DNA of 64,000 nucleotides. Source: a virus. Location of the stretch: positions 62,744 through 126,743 of the IMG/VR virus record IMGVR_UViG_3300035670_000045; one strand, given 5' to 3'. A program made the position numbers and the translations under genes. Shown here one piece after another: positions 27,472 through 37,429 of this stretch. Numbering within the stretch: position 1 is the stretch's first letter; each line of letters opens with the position of its first letter. The notes below the pieces were generated by a model. It saw nothing but the letters and a program-made list of their open reading frames with translations, was not told where the DNA came from and made no database searches.

Positions 27472-28587
27472 ATGCACAACGATCCGACGTACGTGGCGAA
27501 GATGGTTCAGCGGTTCTTCGAGGACGGTGAGGCCCAAGCGAGCAAGCTTGTCGCCAACATCCGGGAAACGGTCATTCAGGACTACCTCGTGGCGCCGAGT
27601 CAGATGACGTTCCAACGCATGGAGAACGAGCAGCTTGGGCTCATGATCCCGATCCCAGGTCGACCCGTGACCCTGACGGTCCACAGCCATGCGCTCAGCC
27701 AGCTGTGCCAAAAGGTGGAAGTGCCCGGCGCGTACGTCCGGAAGCTGCTCCAGCGTGAGGCCAAGTGGGCGACGTCCCTGGCCGCTGCGAACCTCCAGGT
27801 GTGCTACCAGAACACGCCGGTCCCCCCGAACACGAAGTACCTCCACCGCGTCGTACGCGGAGAGCTCCGCGGGTTCCTGTCCCGTCGGTACAACCGGGAC
27901 CTGGCGTCCGGGCCTCTCCTCGCCAAGTTCATGTCGGTCTGCCAAGAGGTGGGGGCCCGGCCCGTGAACGCCCGGTTCAACGCGGTGAAGAACGCCCTGA
28001 TGTGTGCTCAGCCCCAAGCGTACGACGTCGGCGGGTCGTCCCCCGTCCTCATGGGGGTGGAGTGGGCGAACAGCGACTTCGGCTCGGGCCGGCACACCAT
28101 CTCGTTGGCGGTTTGGACCACTAGCGGGAGCAAGTGGGTGCTGCAGGACGCGCTGAGCCAGGTACACATCGGCGGCATCATCAAGGACTCCGAGCTCGAG
28201 ATGTCCGACCAGGTGCACGCTGCGGAGCTGGAGGCCCAATCTCTGGCCACCCGGGACGTGATCCTGCAGCAGCTCAGCCCCGAAGGGATCGAGCGCGTCC
28301 TCGACGGGCTGAGGAAAGCACACGAGGAGCAGGTGGGGTGGGCCCAGATTCGCTCCACCCTGGCGGGGTACCTCAACACGACGCAGCTTGGGGAAGCGAA
28401 GAACCTGTTCGACGAGGGAGTCGAGTACCTCCCCCCAACGAGGAACGGAAACACCTCCATGGCGTGGGCCCTCGAGGTGCTGGGGCACTTCGCCAAGAAG
28501 CAAGACTCGGAAGAGCGCAAGACCGAGCTCGAGGGTGCGGCGGGAATGGTGCTCGGAAAGTACATCCAGGTGAAGCAAGCGAGCTAG
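27472..28587 (+). CDS. DUF932-like protein
   Basis: HALSQLC...P..Y, LRGFLSRRY, NSDFGSG; GGGATAAG and GGAGG upstream. Confidence 0.65.
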   Translation: MHNDPTYVAKMVQRFFEDGEAQASKLVANIRETVIQDYLVAPSQMTFQRMENEQLGLMIPIPGRPVTLTVHSHALSQLCQKVEVPGAYVRKLLQREAKWATSLAAANLQVCYQNTPVPPNTKYLHRVVRGELRGFLSRRYNRDLASGPLLAKFMSVCQEVGARPVNARFNAVKNALMCAQPQAYDVGGSSPVLMGVEWANSDFGSGRHTISLAVWTTSGSKWVLQDALSQVHIGGIIKDSELEMSDQVHAAELEAQSLATRDVILQQLSPEGIERVLDGLRKAHEEQVGWAQIRSTLAGYLNTTQLGEAKNLFDEGVEYLPPTRNGNTSMAWALEVLGHFAKKQDSEERKTELEGAAGMVLGKYIQVKQAS

Positions 28588-28597
28588 TATGCTGGGC

Positions 28598-28819
28598 ATG
28601 TCCCAAGCAGACCGAGACAAACGTCTGGACGAGCTTCTCGCGGCCGTGAATACCTACGCGGACAAGCGGACGAAAGAGATCAACGACCGTGTGGCCCTTG
28701 CGAAGCGCATTCTGAAGGGCCGTACGGGGTCAGAACGCCTTGCAAACGCAGCAAACAACGCTGCCAAATCAGCGGTCATCGAGTCCATCGATGACTTCCT
28801 AACCGGAGGAAACGGATGA
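28598..28819 (+). CDS. hypothetical protein
   Basis: TAGTAT-N7-ATG. Confidence 0.55.
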   Translation: MSQADRDKRLDELLAAVNTYADKRTKEINDRVALAKRILKGRTGSERLANAANNAAKSAVIESIDDFLTGGNG

Positions 28820-29082
28820 GAAAAGTGGAGTTGGAAGATGTGGATCGCACGAAGCTCGAGAACCTCCGGCTTCGTGGTCGAAACCTGGAGCTCGAGATGC
28901 TCCAGCTCCGGAACCAGTCCACCGCCCTTGCCAAGAAGCGGGAAGATCTGCTCGTCGAGATGCAGGTCGTCCGAAAGTCGTTCCAGGAGAAGTACCAGAT
29001 CGATTTGGGAACGGAGATGGTCAACGACCAGGGGTACGTCGTCCCCAACCCTGTCCCGCTCGTCGATCCCCAGGTAAAGTAG
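28816..29082 (+). CDS. coiled-coil hypothetical protein
   Basis: GGAG RBS, ATGA overlap, heptad pattern. Confidence 0.6.
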   Translation: MRKVELEDVDRTKLENLRLRGRNLELEMLQLRNQSTALAKKREDLLVEMQVVRKSFQEKYQIDLGTEMVNDQGYVVPNPVPLVDPQVK

Positions 29083-29086
29083 AGGG

Positions 29087-30076
29087 ATGCTCACCACGGT
29101 CCTCTCCCCCAGCACGCACCAGATCGAGCTCCACATCGCCACCCCACTGTCGGAATGGCAGGGAAAGTGGACGCATGTCGAGGTCTGGCGCTCGGTGCTG
29201 GGGGAGGGGGGTCCGTACGAGCCCCTTTTTAGCCATACGGAGCTGCCTGCCAGGGTGCCCGTATACGGCGGGGACCGCACCACGCTCGATGGGGACACCG
29301 TGGACCTGACCGGGAAGACCCTCTCGTTGAAAATCGGGCAAACGCCGTGGGAGTTTGCTTACCCCGGCCCCTACCCGATGACCGTAAAGGCGTTGGCCGT
29401 ACAGCTCGAGCTCGCCTTGCCCGTTAGGGCTTGGGTGGACTCTGACCGCCGCCTCGTACTCGAGACGATTCAGGTCGGTGGGACCGCGCTCCTGGAGGTT
29501 CTACCGAGCGAGGCAGCAACGCTCCTTGGCCTCCCTACGTCCTCCCCGTCGAACATCTCCGCTGGAAAGCGCCGACCCTACGCGCTCGACCCTATGGAGC
29601 AGGAGCTCGTCGTAGCGGACCCGTTCGGAGACGATTCGTACTTCTACCAGAGCAGGTACACGGACGGGGCCCTCGTCAGCGCCTGGTCCACCCCGGTATC
29701 TGGGCTCACGTCCCGACGGGAGGTCCCCGCCAGCAGCCTGGCGGTCGGGTACGTGCGCCTCTTTCAGGCGGGGGTACCCACCGCCGGACGTCGCGTTGTC
29801 GTACACCCCGTCCGAACACCGGATCCTGAGGGGGATTGGGCGGAGATCCAGCTACCCTTGGAGGGGCTGACGGATGGGGACGGGCGGGTGGAGTTCCAGT
29901 TGATGCGTGGACGTACGTACGACGTGTCCATCTCGGGCACGGGAAGCATCCGACGGGTCCGAGTCCCCATGACGGGGGCCGGGCCGTACTACCTCCTGGG
30001 GCCCGAGCTCGCTGTCGATGACGGCATGAGCATCCACAAGCTCGACATCGGATACGCTGACCGCCGAAACCCCTAG
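29087..30076 (+). CDS. putative virion protein with C-terminal beta-sandwich domain
   Basis: TDGDGRVEFQLMRGRTY motif shared with next gene. Confidence 0.55.
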   Translation: MLTTVLSPSTHQIELHIATPLSEWQGKWTHVEVWRSVLGEGGPYEPLFSHTELPARVPVYGGDRTTLDGDTVDLTGKTLSLKIGQTPWEFAYPGPYPMTVKALAVQLELALPVRAWVDSDRRLVLETIQVGGTALLEVLPSEAATLLGLPTSSPSNISAGKRRPYALDPMEQELVVADPFGDDSYFYQSRYTDGALVSAWSTPVSGLTSRREVPASSLAVGYVRLFQAGVPTAGRRVVVHPVRTPDPEGDWAEIQLPLEGLTDGDGRVEFQLMRGRTYDVSISGTGSIRRVRVPMTGAGPYYLLGPELAVDDGMSIHKLDIGYADRRNP

Positions 30077-30084
30077 GAGGCCAC

Positions 30085-30954
30085 ATGTACTCGACGGTCA
30101 ACCTCTACGCGATCGACAGCGTGACTCTGCTGCCTCTGCCGAACGCGGTGTTCAAGGTCTTGGATGCCACGAACCAGCAGCCGGTGGTGCTGCAAACGAG
30201 CTCAGCGGACGGGTCCGTGGGGCTCCTCCTCCCCGTAGGCGAGTACGAGGTGCGCGTGTTCCACTTCGGGACCGACTTTCACGGACCTCGACGGATTCAG
30301 GTGCAAGCAGACATCGAGTCCTTCGACTTCCCGGGAGAGAGGTATCACCCCACCGCGTCTCTCGATGCTCGCCTGTGTGTCGTGCACGGGCACTTTCGCC
30401 ATTCCGACGGGCGGCCCTACAAGAACCTGGACCTACATGTGACCCCGCTGTTCGCGCCGATTTTGGTGGACGATGCAGCCGTTATGGGGGAGGACATGGT
30501 GGTCCGGACGGACGAGCGAGGCTGGGTACGCCTGCCCCTGATTCGTGGGGCAAAATATCAGATCGATCTCGAAGGATACGACCACGGCCAAAAGACCGTG
30601 TACATTCCAGATGCAGCTCAATGGAATTTGCCGGACATCCTCTTCCCCCGCGTAGTGGCCTTGGAGTTTACGGACGCCGTCCGCCCTGTAGCGGTCAGTG
30701 TGGGGGAGGATGTCGAGCTGGATGTGAGTGTGGTGCTGTCCGATGGGCGTCGGGTCCCGCCTACGAGCCCAGACGTTCAATGGGCCAACAGCGATTCCCA
30801 GAAGCTGTACTACAGCTTTACGCCGACCTCCGTCATCCTTCGCGGCCTGGCTGCGGGGGATGTCACGCTTACAGCAACGTGCACCGCAACGAGCGTGTAT
30901 TCCATCCCGCATCGGGACCTAACGGGGTCGCCCATCGACATTCGCGTGGCGTAA
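30085..30954 (+). CDS. putative virion protein with carboxypeptidase-regulatory-like and Ig-like domains
   Basis: TSSADG...LPVGEYEV; TDERGWVRLPLIRGAKY; C-terminal VQWANSD...GDVTLTA. Confidence 0.6.
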   Translation: MYSTVNLYAIDSVTLLPLPNAVFKVLDATNQQPVVLQTSSADGSVGLLLPVGEYEVRVFHFGTDFHGPRRIQVQADIESFDFPGERYHPTASLDARLCVVHGHFRHSDGRPYKNLDLHVTPLFAPILVDDAAVMGEDMVVRTDERGWVRLPLIRGAKYQIDLEGYDHGQKTVYIPDAAQWNLPDILFPRVVALEFTDAVRPVAVSVGEDVELDVSVVLSDGRRVPPTSPDVQWANSDSQKLYYSFTPTSVILRGLAAGDVTLTATCTATSVYSIPHRDLTGSPIDIRVA

Positions 30955-30968
30955 CCCCCACCACACTC

Positions 30969-31652
30969 ATGAATTGGGAGCGCCAACTCCTGAGCCTGCT
31001 GTTCTTCGACTTGGCGCTGCGCGTGTCGGACTTGCTCGTTCGGGTGACGACGCCATTGCCGGACACCCTTCCGCCTGCACCTCCGATGTCCCAGTCGGAG
31101 GTGCTAGCGCTTTGTGCGGACGTGGGTGACCTACGAGAGACCCCGAAAAAAGCACGGGAGCGCTCCTCGAAGAGAAGAAAGGCGAGCTCAGCGCCTCCAA
31201 GTGATAGGTCACCTCCCCTGCCAGAGACCCCGGCGTCCGACCTGAGTGATTCGGACCAACTGGTACAAGACGCCGTGGGGGCTAGGACTCTGCTGGTCGA
31301 GGTCATGAAGCGTGCGGCATACGATTGGGTGCTGTACCGCTCGAGCACCCGGTTGCCGCAAAAGAAGCTCGCGGAAGACGCTTACATCTGGCTTTTCCTG
31401 GAGCAGGAAGGGCACCTTCACTGGCGGCAGCGACAAGACTCCGAGAAGCAGGTCACCTCGTTCCTGGCCATCTGCGAGGTGTTCGACCTGGACCCAGAGG
31501 ACATGCGTCGCAGATTTCGTACGCTCACACCAAGTAGGGTGCTGTCGTTCGGGCGGCCACCCAGCAAGACGCGAGACGAGGGGCATGGTACGGAGCTCCG
31601 GTCGTTCGTCGACTTGCCTCCCGAAAACGAAGAGTTCTTCGACGGCGGTTAG
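30969..31652 (+). CDS. hypothetical protein
   Basis: LLVEVMKRAAYDWVLY...SFLAICEVFDLDP. Confidence 0.55.
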   Translation: MNWERQLLSLLFFDLALRVSDLLVRVTTPLPDTLPPAPPMSQSEVLALCADVGDLRETPKKARERSSKRRKASSAPPSDRSPPLPETPASDLSDSDQLVQDAVGARTLLVEVMKRAAYDWVLYRSSTRLPQKKLAEDAYIWLFLEQEGHLHWRQRQDSEKQVTSFLAICEVFDLDPEDMRRRFRTLTPSRVLSFGRPPSKTRDEGHGTELRSFVDLPPENEEFFDGG

Positions 31653-31667
31653 CGGTAAGATGCCCCC

Positions 31668-34600
31668 ATGTTCTCGGACGAGGAAATCCAGTCGGTCGTA
31701 GAGAAGTTGCTCCCGTCGACCGTCGCCCGTGGGTACACCGCGCTCGGGACTCGACGCACCAGCCAACAACTGAGTAAGATCCAACAGTCGGCGGCTGCAG
31801 TACTGCTGCTCTACCCTGACAGCCCCTACTACCTGGCCAGCTTGCTCGCGTCCGACATCGTGGGCGACGTTCGGGCACTGGGGGAGCGGTGTGCTCGGGT
31901 CACTTCACTGGTCGCCGCATTGCGACGACGCAGTGTGCCCGTGAACGACATCTCCGCAATGAGCAACGCCCGGGCAGCTCTTGTGGAGCTCGAGTCCGTA
32001 GTCCAGGGAGAATCCCCGTCGGACATCTCGAAGGTCCCGTCGTTCAATCGGTTCGAGCTCAACGTCAACCGGTTCCTGAAGAAGGTCGCCAGCAACGTGC
32101 GACAGAAGGGCCAGGTGGTCTACACCCGAGAGGAGGCCCACCAGCTGCTCCCGTCAGAGATCGAGCAGCTTTTGAGCTCGTTGGAGGCGCTGATTCAGCG
32201 GGTAGACGACCTCGCGAACGCACAGGCGGATTACCACGAGGTCGACCTGGCGCGGCGTGTCAGTACCCAGGTAGTCCAAAACGCGCGCTCCGTGCTGGCC
32301 GCCCGGGAGGCAGAGCTCTCTGCGCTGGGGCCCCAAGAGCGACTCAGCACCCTGCGGGAAGCAGTTCTCGAGCTCCTCGCGGTCAAGGGTGTCGTACGCA
32401 CGTTCGGGTCGTTCCCGAAGCCGTCTCAGGGCATCGAGCTGTTTGGCCAGGGTGGCCCGTTCGCGGACAGCACCCGCCCAGCTACGGGAGGGGAGATCAC
32501 CTGTCGGCCGGGCCCGTACTACATGACGCGTGGGAACACCGAGGGGGACAGTCGTAACCTGCTCTACCTGCGCCTGGGCGGCCCCGTGCGGCGGATCGCC
32601 CTCACGGCGTCCATCGCTGGCGCCACTGTCACGAGGGGGAGTGGCAGCTTCCTCTCGGATGGGGTTGCTGTGGGGGACCGCGTCTACGTGACCTCGGGCC
32701 CGAGCGCCGGGGCAGTCCGACGGATCGACTCCGTAGGGGCCACTACGCTGACGTACTCCGGGGCCGTGCTGCCTCCGGGTAGCGCATCGATCTCCATCAT
32801 CGTTGCGCCGGATGTGTTGTTGTACCTTCCGGCTACCCCGTTGCCCACTCTGCGCGGATCCGCATTCGGCACGCTCACCGTGGTCGCCGGTACAAACGAC
32901 AGCATGCGGTTTCGAGTCAACGGAGGTGCGCCGGTCAATGCCACGTTCCCGGTTGGGCCTCAGACCACAACCACCTTGGCTACCGCCATTGCGACAGCAC
33001 TGACAGGCTCTCCGTTCACTGCCGGTACGTACTTCTTGACCATGGGGTTCGAGGGCCCCGTGATCGTGTCGGGCAACAACTTGACACTGAGCTACGGGAA
33101 CTTCCCGCCGCTCATGCAAGTAGGCGACAGGGTACGGTTCATCGTGGGAGAGAACGCTGGAATCGAGCGTACGGTGACTGCGCTGTCGCCCAGCCCATCG
33201 AACTGCACCACGGTCACAGTCAGTGGGGGTGCCCTGAGCGCGGCACTAAGCGACCACATCCAGATTGGAAGGGACGAAGCCATCTGGGTCTACCCCACCA
33301 ACCCGCTGACCTCGCTGCTGAACGACGACCGAGTCCTGCTCGAGCCCGTGGCTACAGCGGAGCAGGGTGCGGGGGTGCTGCTCGGCATGCCAGGCAGTCA
33401 GCTTGGCCGTGGGCAGCCTGCGTCGACCTCGCTTTTGGCGGAGTACATCAACGCCAACAACGCCAAGGTGAGTGCTCGCGTTGCGTACACATCGATCTCC
33501 AACGGGCATGTGCTCCGCTCGGACACGTCCGACACCCGTAGGATCGTCGCGGTTCGCGCTAGCGGGCGAGTCACCTTGCCAGCCGGCACCTCCATGACGT
33601 TCTCCGATGTGGGTCAGGTACGAAATTCCACGCCGATGAGCGGGGACCGCCTGATCCTACGCAGTGGGCCGAACCTTGGAGTGTGCGGGACGGTGACAGG
33701 CGCTACAGCAACGAGCATCACGGTCACGTTCGACTCCCCTATCGGCGCGGGGGAGCACAGCTACGAGCTGGGGTCGTCCTTCTCCGGGACTCTGGCGCGG
33801 GGGATGGCCGTACTTGTCCCCGAAGGCGTGAACTCGGGCTCGTACCTCATCAACGAGATCAACCCACAGGCTCCGTTCGAAGTGACGATGCAGAGCTCGC
33901 TGGCCGTGTCGCGTGATTTCAACACCCACGTCACAGTTCCTGGGTACTTCGCGACGGAGCAACTCGTACTGTCAGCACGCTCCAAGGTGTTCCCTGCGTC
34001 CATCGCTCTGTTCAATCCAACCGGCACCTTCGCGCTCACACCCGAAGGTACGACGGCGTACGGCGTCACCCATCACTTCCGTGTACCTCAGGCGAATCGC
34101 AGCCTGACCCAGGGCGACCTACTTCAGCTCTACACCAGCAGCACAACCACGCCTGCGGTAGAGGCGGTGGTGGAAGAGGTTGGCAGTGACCTCGTGCTTC
34201 GGCTGGACCGCGAGGTGTCGGAGTTTCCACTCTTGTACACGTTCGCCGGGGCAGACGTTGCGCCTACTCCGAGTGCTCGAGCGCAGAACGCTCGCACGTA
34301 CGACTTCCGTGCATTCCGCGAGCTCCTGCTTCAGTGGCGAGACACGTCCCCTGCGCGTAGCTTCGCCGCGTACAAGGCGGAGCTATCCCGTGTCACCAAC
34401 TTGGCGCTGCGTAGCTCAAACCCCACACAGCTCGAGTGCGGGGATGTCGACACGACCATTCAGCAGCTGTACGAGACGCTGACGGAGGTAGGTGCGGCAC
34501 AGGGCGGCGTCCCTGTTACCGGGTGCCTCGAGTCCATCCTCGGCACGTACCAGGTCGAGAAGGAGACGGAGGTGGAAGCGTTACTTCGGACCTTCAAAGA

Positions 34601-34859
34601 CCAGGGCGCGAACCGGGCGTACGACATGCTGTTGGGGTGCAAGTTCACGCAGTTCTTTGGCGTGTCTGGGGCGGACATGAGCTACGGCGGAGCAATGCAG
34701 TCTGCTATCCGCGAGATCTCCATCGAAGACATGCCTGTGGACAAGTTCGATCGATCCAACGCCTCGTCAGGAGACTTGGTGTCGTCGAGCCCCAGCGCGG
34801 ACTACGAGTATGACGTGTCCGATTCCGACAACGTGGGTCACATCGACACGCCAGAGTAG
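31668..34859 (+). CDS. large putative virion structural protein
   Basis: 1063 aa; helical ends, Thr/Gly/Ser beta-rich core; GGTAAGAT-N6-ATG. Confidence 0.6.
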   Translation: MFSDEEIQSVVEKLLPSTVARGYTALGTRRTSQQLSKIQQSAAAVLLLYPDSPYYLASLLASDIVGDVRALGERCARVTSLVAALRRRSVPVNDISAMSNARAALVELESVVQGESPSDISKVPSFNRFELNVNRFLKKVASNVRQKGQVVYTREEAHQLLPSEIEQLLSSLEALIQRVDDLANAQADYHEVDLARRVSTQVVQNARSVLAAREAELSALGPQERLSTLREAVLELLAVKGVVRTFGSFPKPSQGIELFGQGGPFADSTRPATGGEITCRPGPYYMTRGNTEGDSRNLLYLRLGGPVRRIALTASIAGATVTRGSGSFLSDGVAVGDRVYVTSGPSAGAVRRIDSVGATTLTYSGAVLPPGSASISIIVAPDVLLYLPATPLPTLRGSAFGTLTVVAGTNDSMRFRVNGGAPVNATFPVGPQTTTTLATAIATALTGSPFTAGTYFLTMGFEGPVIVSGNNLTLSYGNFPPLMQVGDRVRFIVGENAGIERTVTALSPSPSNCTTVTVSGGALSAALSDHIQIGRDEAIWVYPTNPLTSLLNDDRVLLEPVATAEQGAGVLLGMPGSQLGRGQPASTSLLAEYINANNAKVSARVAYTSISNGHVLRSDTSDTRRIVAVRASGRVTLPAGTSMTFSDVGQVRNSTPMSGDRLILRSGPNLGVCGTVTGATATSITVTFDSPIGAGEHSYELGSSFSGTLARGMAVLVPEGVNSGSYLINEINPQAPFEVTMQSSLAVSRDFNTHVTVPGYFATEQLVLSARSKVFPASIALFNPTGTFALTPEGTTAYGVTHHFRVPQANRSLTQGDLLQLYTSSTTTPAVEAVVEEVGSDLVLRLDREVSEFPLLYTFAGADVAPTPSARAQNARTYDFRAFRELLLQWRDTSPARSFAAYKAELSRVTNLALRSSNPTQLECGDVDTTIQQLYETLTEVGAAQGGVPVTGCLESILGTYQVEKETEVEALLRTFKDQGANRAYDMLLGCKFTQFFGVSGADMSYGGAMQSAIREISIEDMPVDKFDRSNASSGDLVSSSPSADYEYDVSDSDNVGHIDTPE

Positions 34860-34884
34860 AAACCCACCCGCGATAAGAACTACG

Positions 34885-35388
34885 ATGGCAGAAAATCCTG
34901 TGCGGTACTTCTGGGTCATACGCGCTGGAGACGCCGCAAACCCACGGTACGTCCGAAAGCGGCGGAACGGTTCTCTGGTGCGGTTCACGTACCGCAAGTG
35001 GCGTCGTCGTAGGTTCCACACACGCAAGGCGGCACGCAACTTCCTCGCGTGCGTTCCACCCCCTGCGTGTGTTGTACGTGTAAAGGCTCGTACGTACGCG
35101 TACACCCCGATGCTCAATGGCGGATCCCTAGGGGACTATCCCCACCGCAGAGCGGCAGCTGAGGTGCTGGCGCGCGCGGTCCTGGCCCTGGTCCCCACCA
35201 TGCGGAAGGGTCGAGCCTCCGAGGTCATCCACCGGTACAACCGCCGAAGGAACGCGGGGTCAGCCGTGGCGTTCATCTCGGTCCGACGGGTCATCCCGAT
35301 CACGTCCGACGGGGCACCCTCTTCCGACGAAGAGAGAGCTCCCGCCACACTTCTTCGAACGAGTCCCCGACGTAGAGCTCGGACGTGA
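34885..35388 (+). CDS. highly basic Arg-rich protein
   Basis: GATAAG at 34872; KWRRRRFHTRK. Confidence 0.45.
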   Translation: MAENPVRYFWVIRAGDAANPRYVRKRRNGSLVRFTYRKWRRRRFHTRKAARNFLACVPPPACVVRVKARTYAYTPMLNGGSLGDYPHRRAAAEVLARAVLALVPTMRKGRASEVIHRYNRRRNAGSAVAFISVRRVIPITSDGAPSSDEERAPATLLRTSPRRRART

Positions 35389-35507
35389 GAAGGTCCACGC
35401 CCATCCACCGGTCATCCACCTGTTCGATTTCCAGCCAAAGGCTGAACACGGCCCGATTGCTGTGTGACATCGACCCCATCATCCCACAGCCAGGAGTACG
35501 AGGAAGC

Positions 35508-36131
35508 ATGAACACCCGAATCGTCGTGCGAAGCCTTCGGATCCATGCGGAGTCGGGGCGACGGGATGCCCCTGACCCCCTAACCGCATCCCAGCGGGTG
35601 AATGGACCGGAAGAGATCCGCGCTCACCTGTACCGGGCGTATGCCACCCACCTGCAGCGGGAAGGCCTGTTCACCCCTGGGGTTCACCCACGGCTCCTGT
35701 TCACGAGCGCTGCCAAGTCCCTCCGCCAACAGATGCGGGAGGAGGAGCTCGTGTGGTCGAAGGCCCACGAGGAGGCGTACGGGAAGAGGCCCAACAAGCG
35801 TGCGGTCAACGCGTGGACGACGGCGTACCGTCGCCGCACCTTCCTCCCGCTGCTCTACACGGCGCGCGGCACGGGTGTCTGGACCCTCGCCGTGGACCTC
35901 CTCGTCCAATTCGAGGCGTACACGCCAGAGCAGGGTACGTGGTGGCAGGACGCGGGAGCGTACCGATTCCACCTCGAGGGCATCCCCCTGCCTCCCCCAG
36001 CGTCCTGGTGCATCTTCCTTTGGGAGTACGGGCAGCGACGGGCACAGGAAGGGGAGCAAGTCCTCAAGTTGGCCCTGAGCCGTACCCCGGTCACCCAGGA
36101 ACGCCACCTCCGCCTCGTGAAGTCAGAGTGA
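35508..36131 (+). CDS. hypothetical protein
   Basis: GAGGA RBS before ATG 35508. Confidence 0.55.
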   Translation: MNTRIVVRSLRIHAESGRRDAPDPLTASQRVNGPEEIRAHLYRAYATHLQREGLFTPGVHPRLLFTSAAKSLRQQMREEELVWSKAHEEAYGKRPNKRAVNAWTTAYRRRTFLPLLYTARGTGVWTLAVDLLVQFEAYTPEQGTWWQDAGAYRFHLEGIPLPPPASWCIFLWEYGQRRAQEGEQVLKLALSRTPVTQERHLRLVKSE

Positions 36132-36162
36132 AGCGCCCCTACGGGGATCTTCATTGGGAGAG

Positions 36163-36446
36163 AGCTCGGTCTGGGAGCATGCCGATTCGGCATCCCGCCA
36201 ACCGAGCTGTTCCCCACACAAAGAATCCTTCAACACTACTTTCGTACGCGACTTTTTTCTGAGAGAGCTCTCCTCTCTATACAGATCAAGTACTTACGAG
36301 TGGTTTTTGTGTCGTTCTGCCCGAAAATCGACCCAACGCACTTCCTTTTCAGAAGGTGCCTCTGGGAGGTTTTTTGGTGCTCCTGTCGTCTCTCGCGTTC
36401 GGAAAAACGCCCGAGAGACCAAAACAGGAACCTTCTGAAAAGGAAG
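36163..36446. other. structured AT-richer intergenic region (candidate ncRNA or cis-element)
   Basis: Perfect 17-bp inverted repeat 36341-36357/36430-36446 with nested stems; second hairpin 36163-36208. Confidence 0.6.
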
Positions 36447-36453
36447 CGATCTG

Positions 36454-37080
36454 ATGGCGAATCGTGGCAAGTCGTTACCGTTCGCGGTGCCGTTGCCCAT
36501 GCTGTGGGCGGCGATGTACCACCTGTCGGCTCTCCTGCGTGGGGATCACCCGCTGGAGGGGCGGGAGGTTGACGTGCTGAAGGCCACCTTGGCGGTGCTG
36601 GTGTTCGAGATTCACCGGCAGTCGGTTGTCTGGGGCCCAGACTCGCTCGAGCTCCTGCGGAAGTTCCAGGCGTTCGGGTGGGGCTCGAGCGAGGTGGCGG
36701 TGTACCGCATGGCGGGGGAGGCGTACTGCCTCCGGGGCAAGAGTCAGCACGCCAGGGTGTTGGCTTCCGTGAAGGACCCGTACAAGCCCGACCGTCGGAT
36801 GCTACGCGCTGTCTTTCGTCCTGACGACATTCGCCGGATGGGGGAGCTGCCCTCCGTGGGAGTGCCCCACACGGAAGTCGTCTTGGAGCTCGTATCCGAC
36901 GCCGGGGTGTTCCCCCATGTGCAGCACCTTCGCACGGTCACCACCCTCTTGCTGCAGCTGCAGCAGTTCCCTCCCCCCGTATTCCCGACGGAGGAGGCTC
37001 GAGCGGAATACGCCGCTGCAGTCCTCGCCACCCGGGAAGCGCTGTCCACCACCCTTCAAACCCTCGAGGTCCCCCCATGA
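36454..37080 (+). CDS. hypothetical protein
   Basis: AAGGA RBS. Confidence 0.6.
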   Translation: MANRGKSLPFAVPLPMLWAAMYHLSALLRGDHPLEGREVDVLKATLAVLVFEIHRQSVVWGPDSLELLRKFQAFGWGSSEVAVYRMAGEAYCLRGKSQHARVLASVKDPYKPDRRMLRAVFRPDDIRRMGELPSVGVPHTEVVLELVSDAGVFPHVQHLRTVTTLLLQLQQFPPPVFPTEEARAEYAAAVLATREALSTTLQTLEVPP

Positions 37081-37349
37081 GCGCCTTCGGTCGATTCGTC
37101 CTGTTCCTCGGCCACGTCAAGCACCTGGCCAAGCTCTACGCTGCCCCGGACCCCGAGACCGTGTTCCTCGAGATTGGGGACGGCCCACCCACGCCGGAGC
37201 AGCTTACCCGGCTCGAGCACCACGTCATCCGCACCTCCGGTGACTACCGCGCCGGGCTCCAGACCATCTGGACGATCGCCCGCACCCTCCGGGTCCTTCG
37301 CCCTACCACGATCAGCATGCCGAGCTCCTCCAAGGACGACCTAAACTGA
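37077..37349 (+). CDS. hypothetical protein
   Basis: GAGG RBS, ATGA overlap. Confidence 0.55.
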   Translation: MSAFGRFVLFLGHVKHLAKLYAAPDPETVFLEIGDGPPTPEQLTRLEHHVIRTSGDYRAGLQTIWTIARTLRVLRPTTISMPSSSKDDLN

Positions 37350-37429
37350 CAACCCCGTAAACTTCATTCGATCGAACGCTTTTCGTTCGATTGGGTGGGG
37401 GTAGGTCATTTGATCGAAAGTTGGGCCGT

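Noticed and set aside
35300-35470. Small minus-strand ORF MSHSNRAVF...
   Set aside because: Plausible but short, overlaps a plus-strand gene and has no supporting motif.
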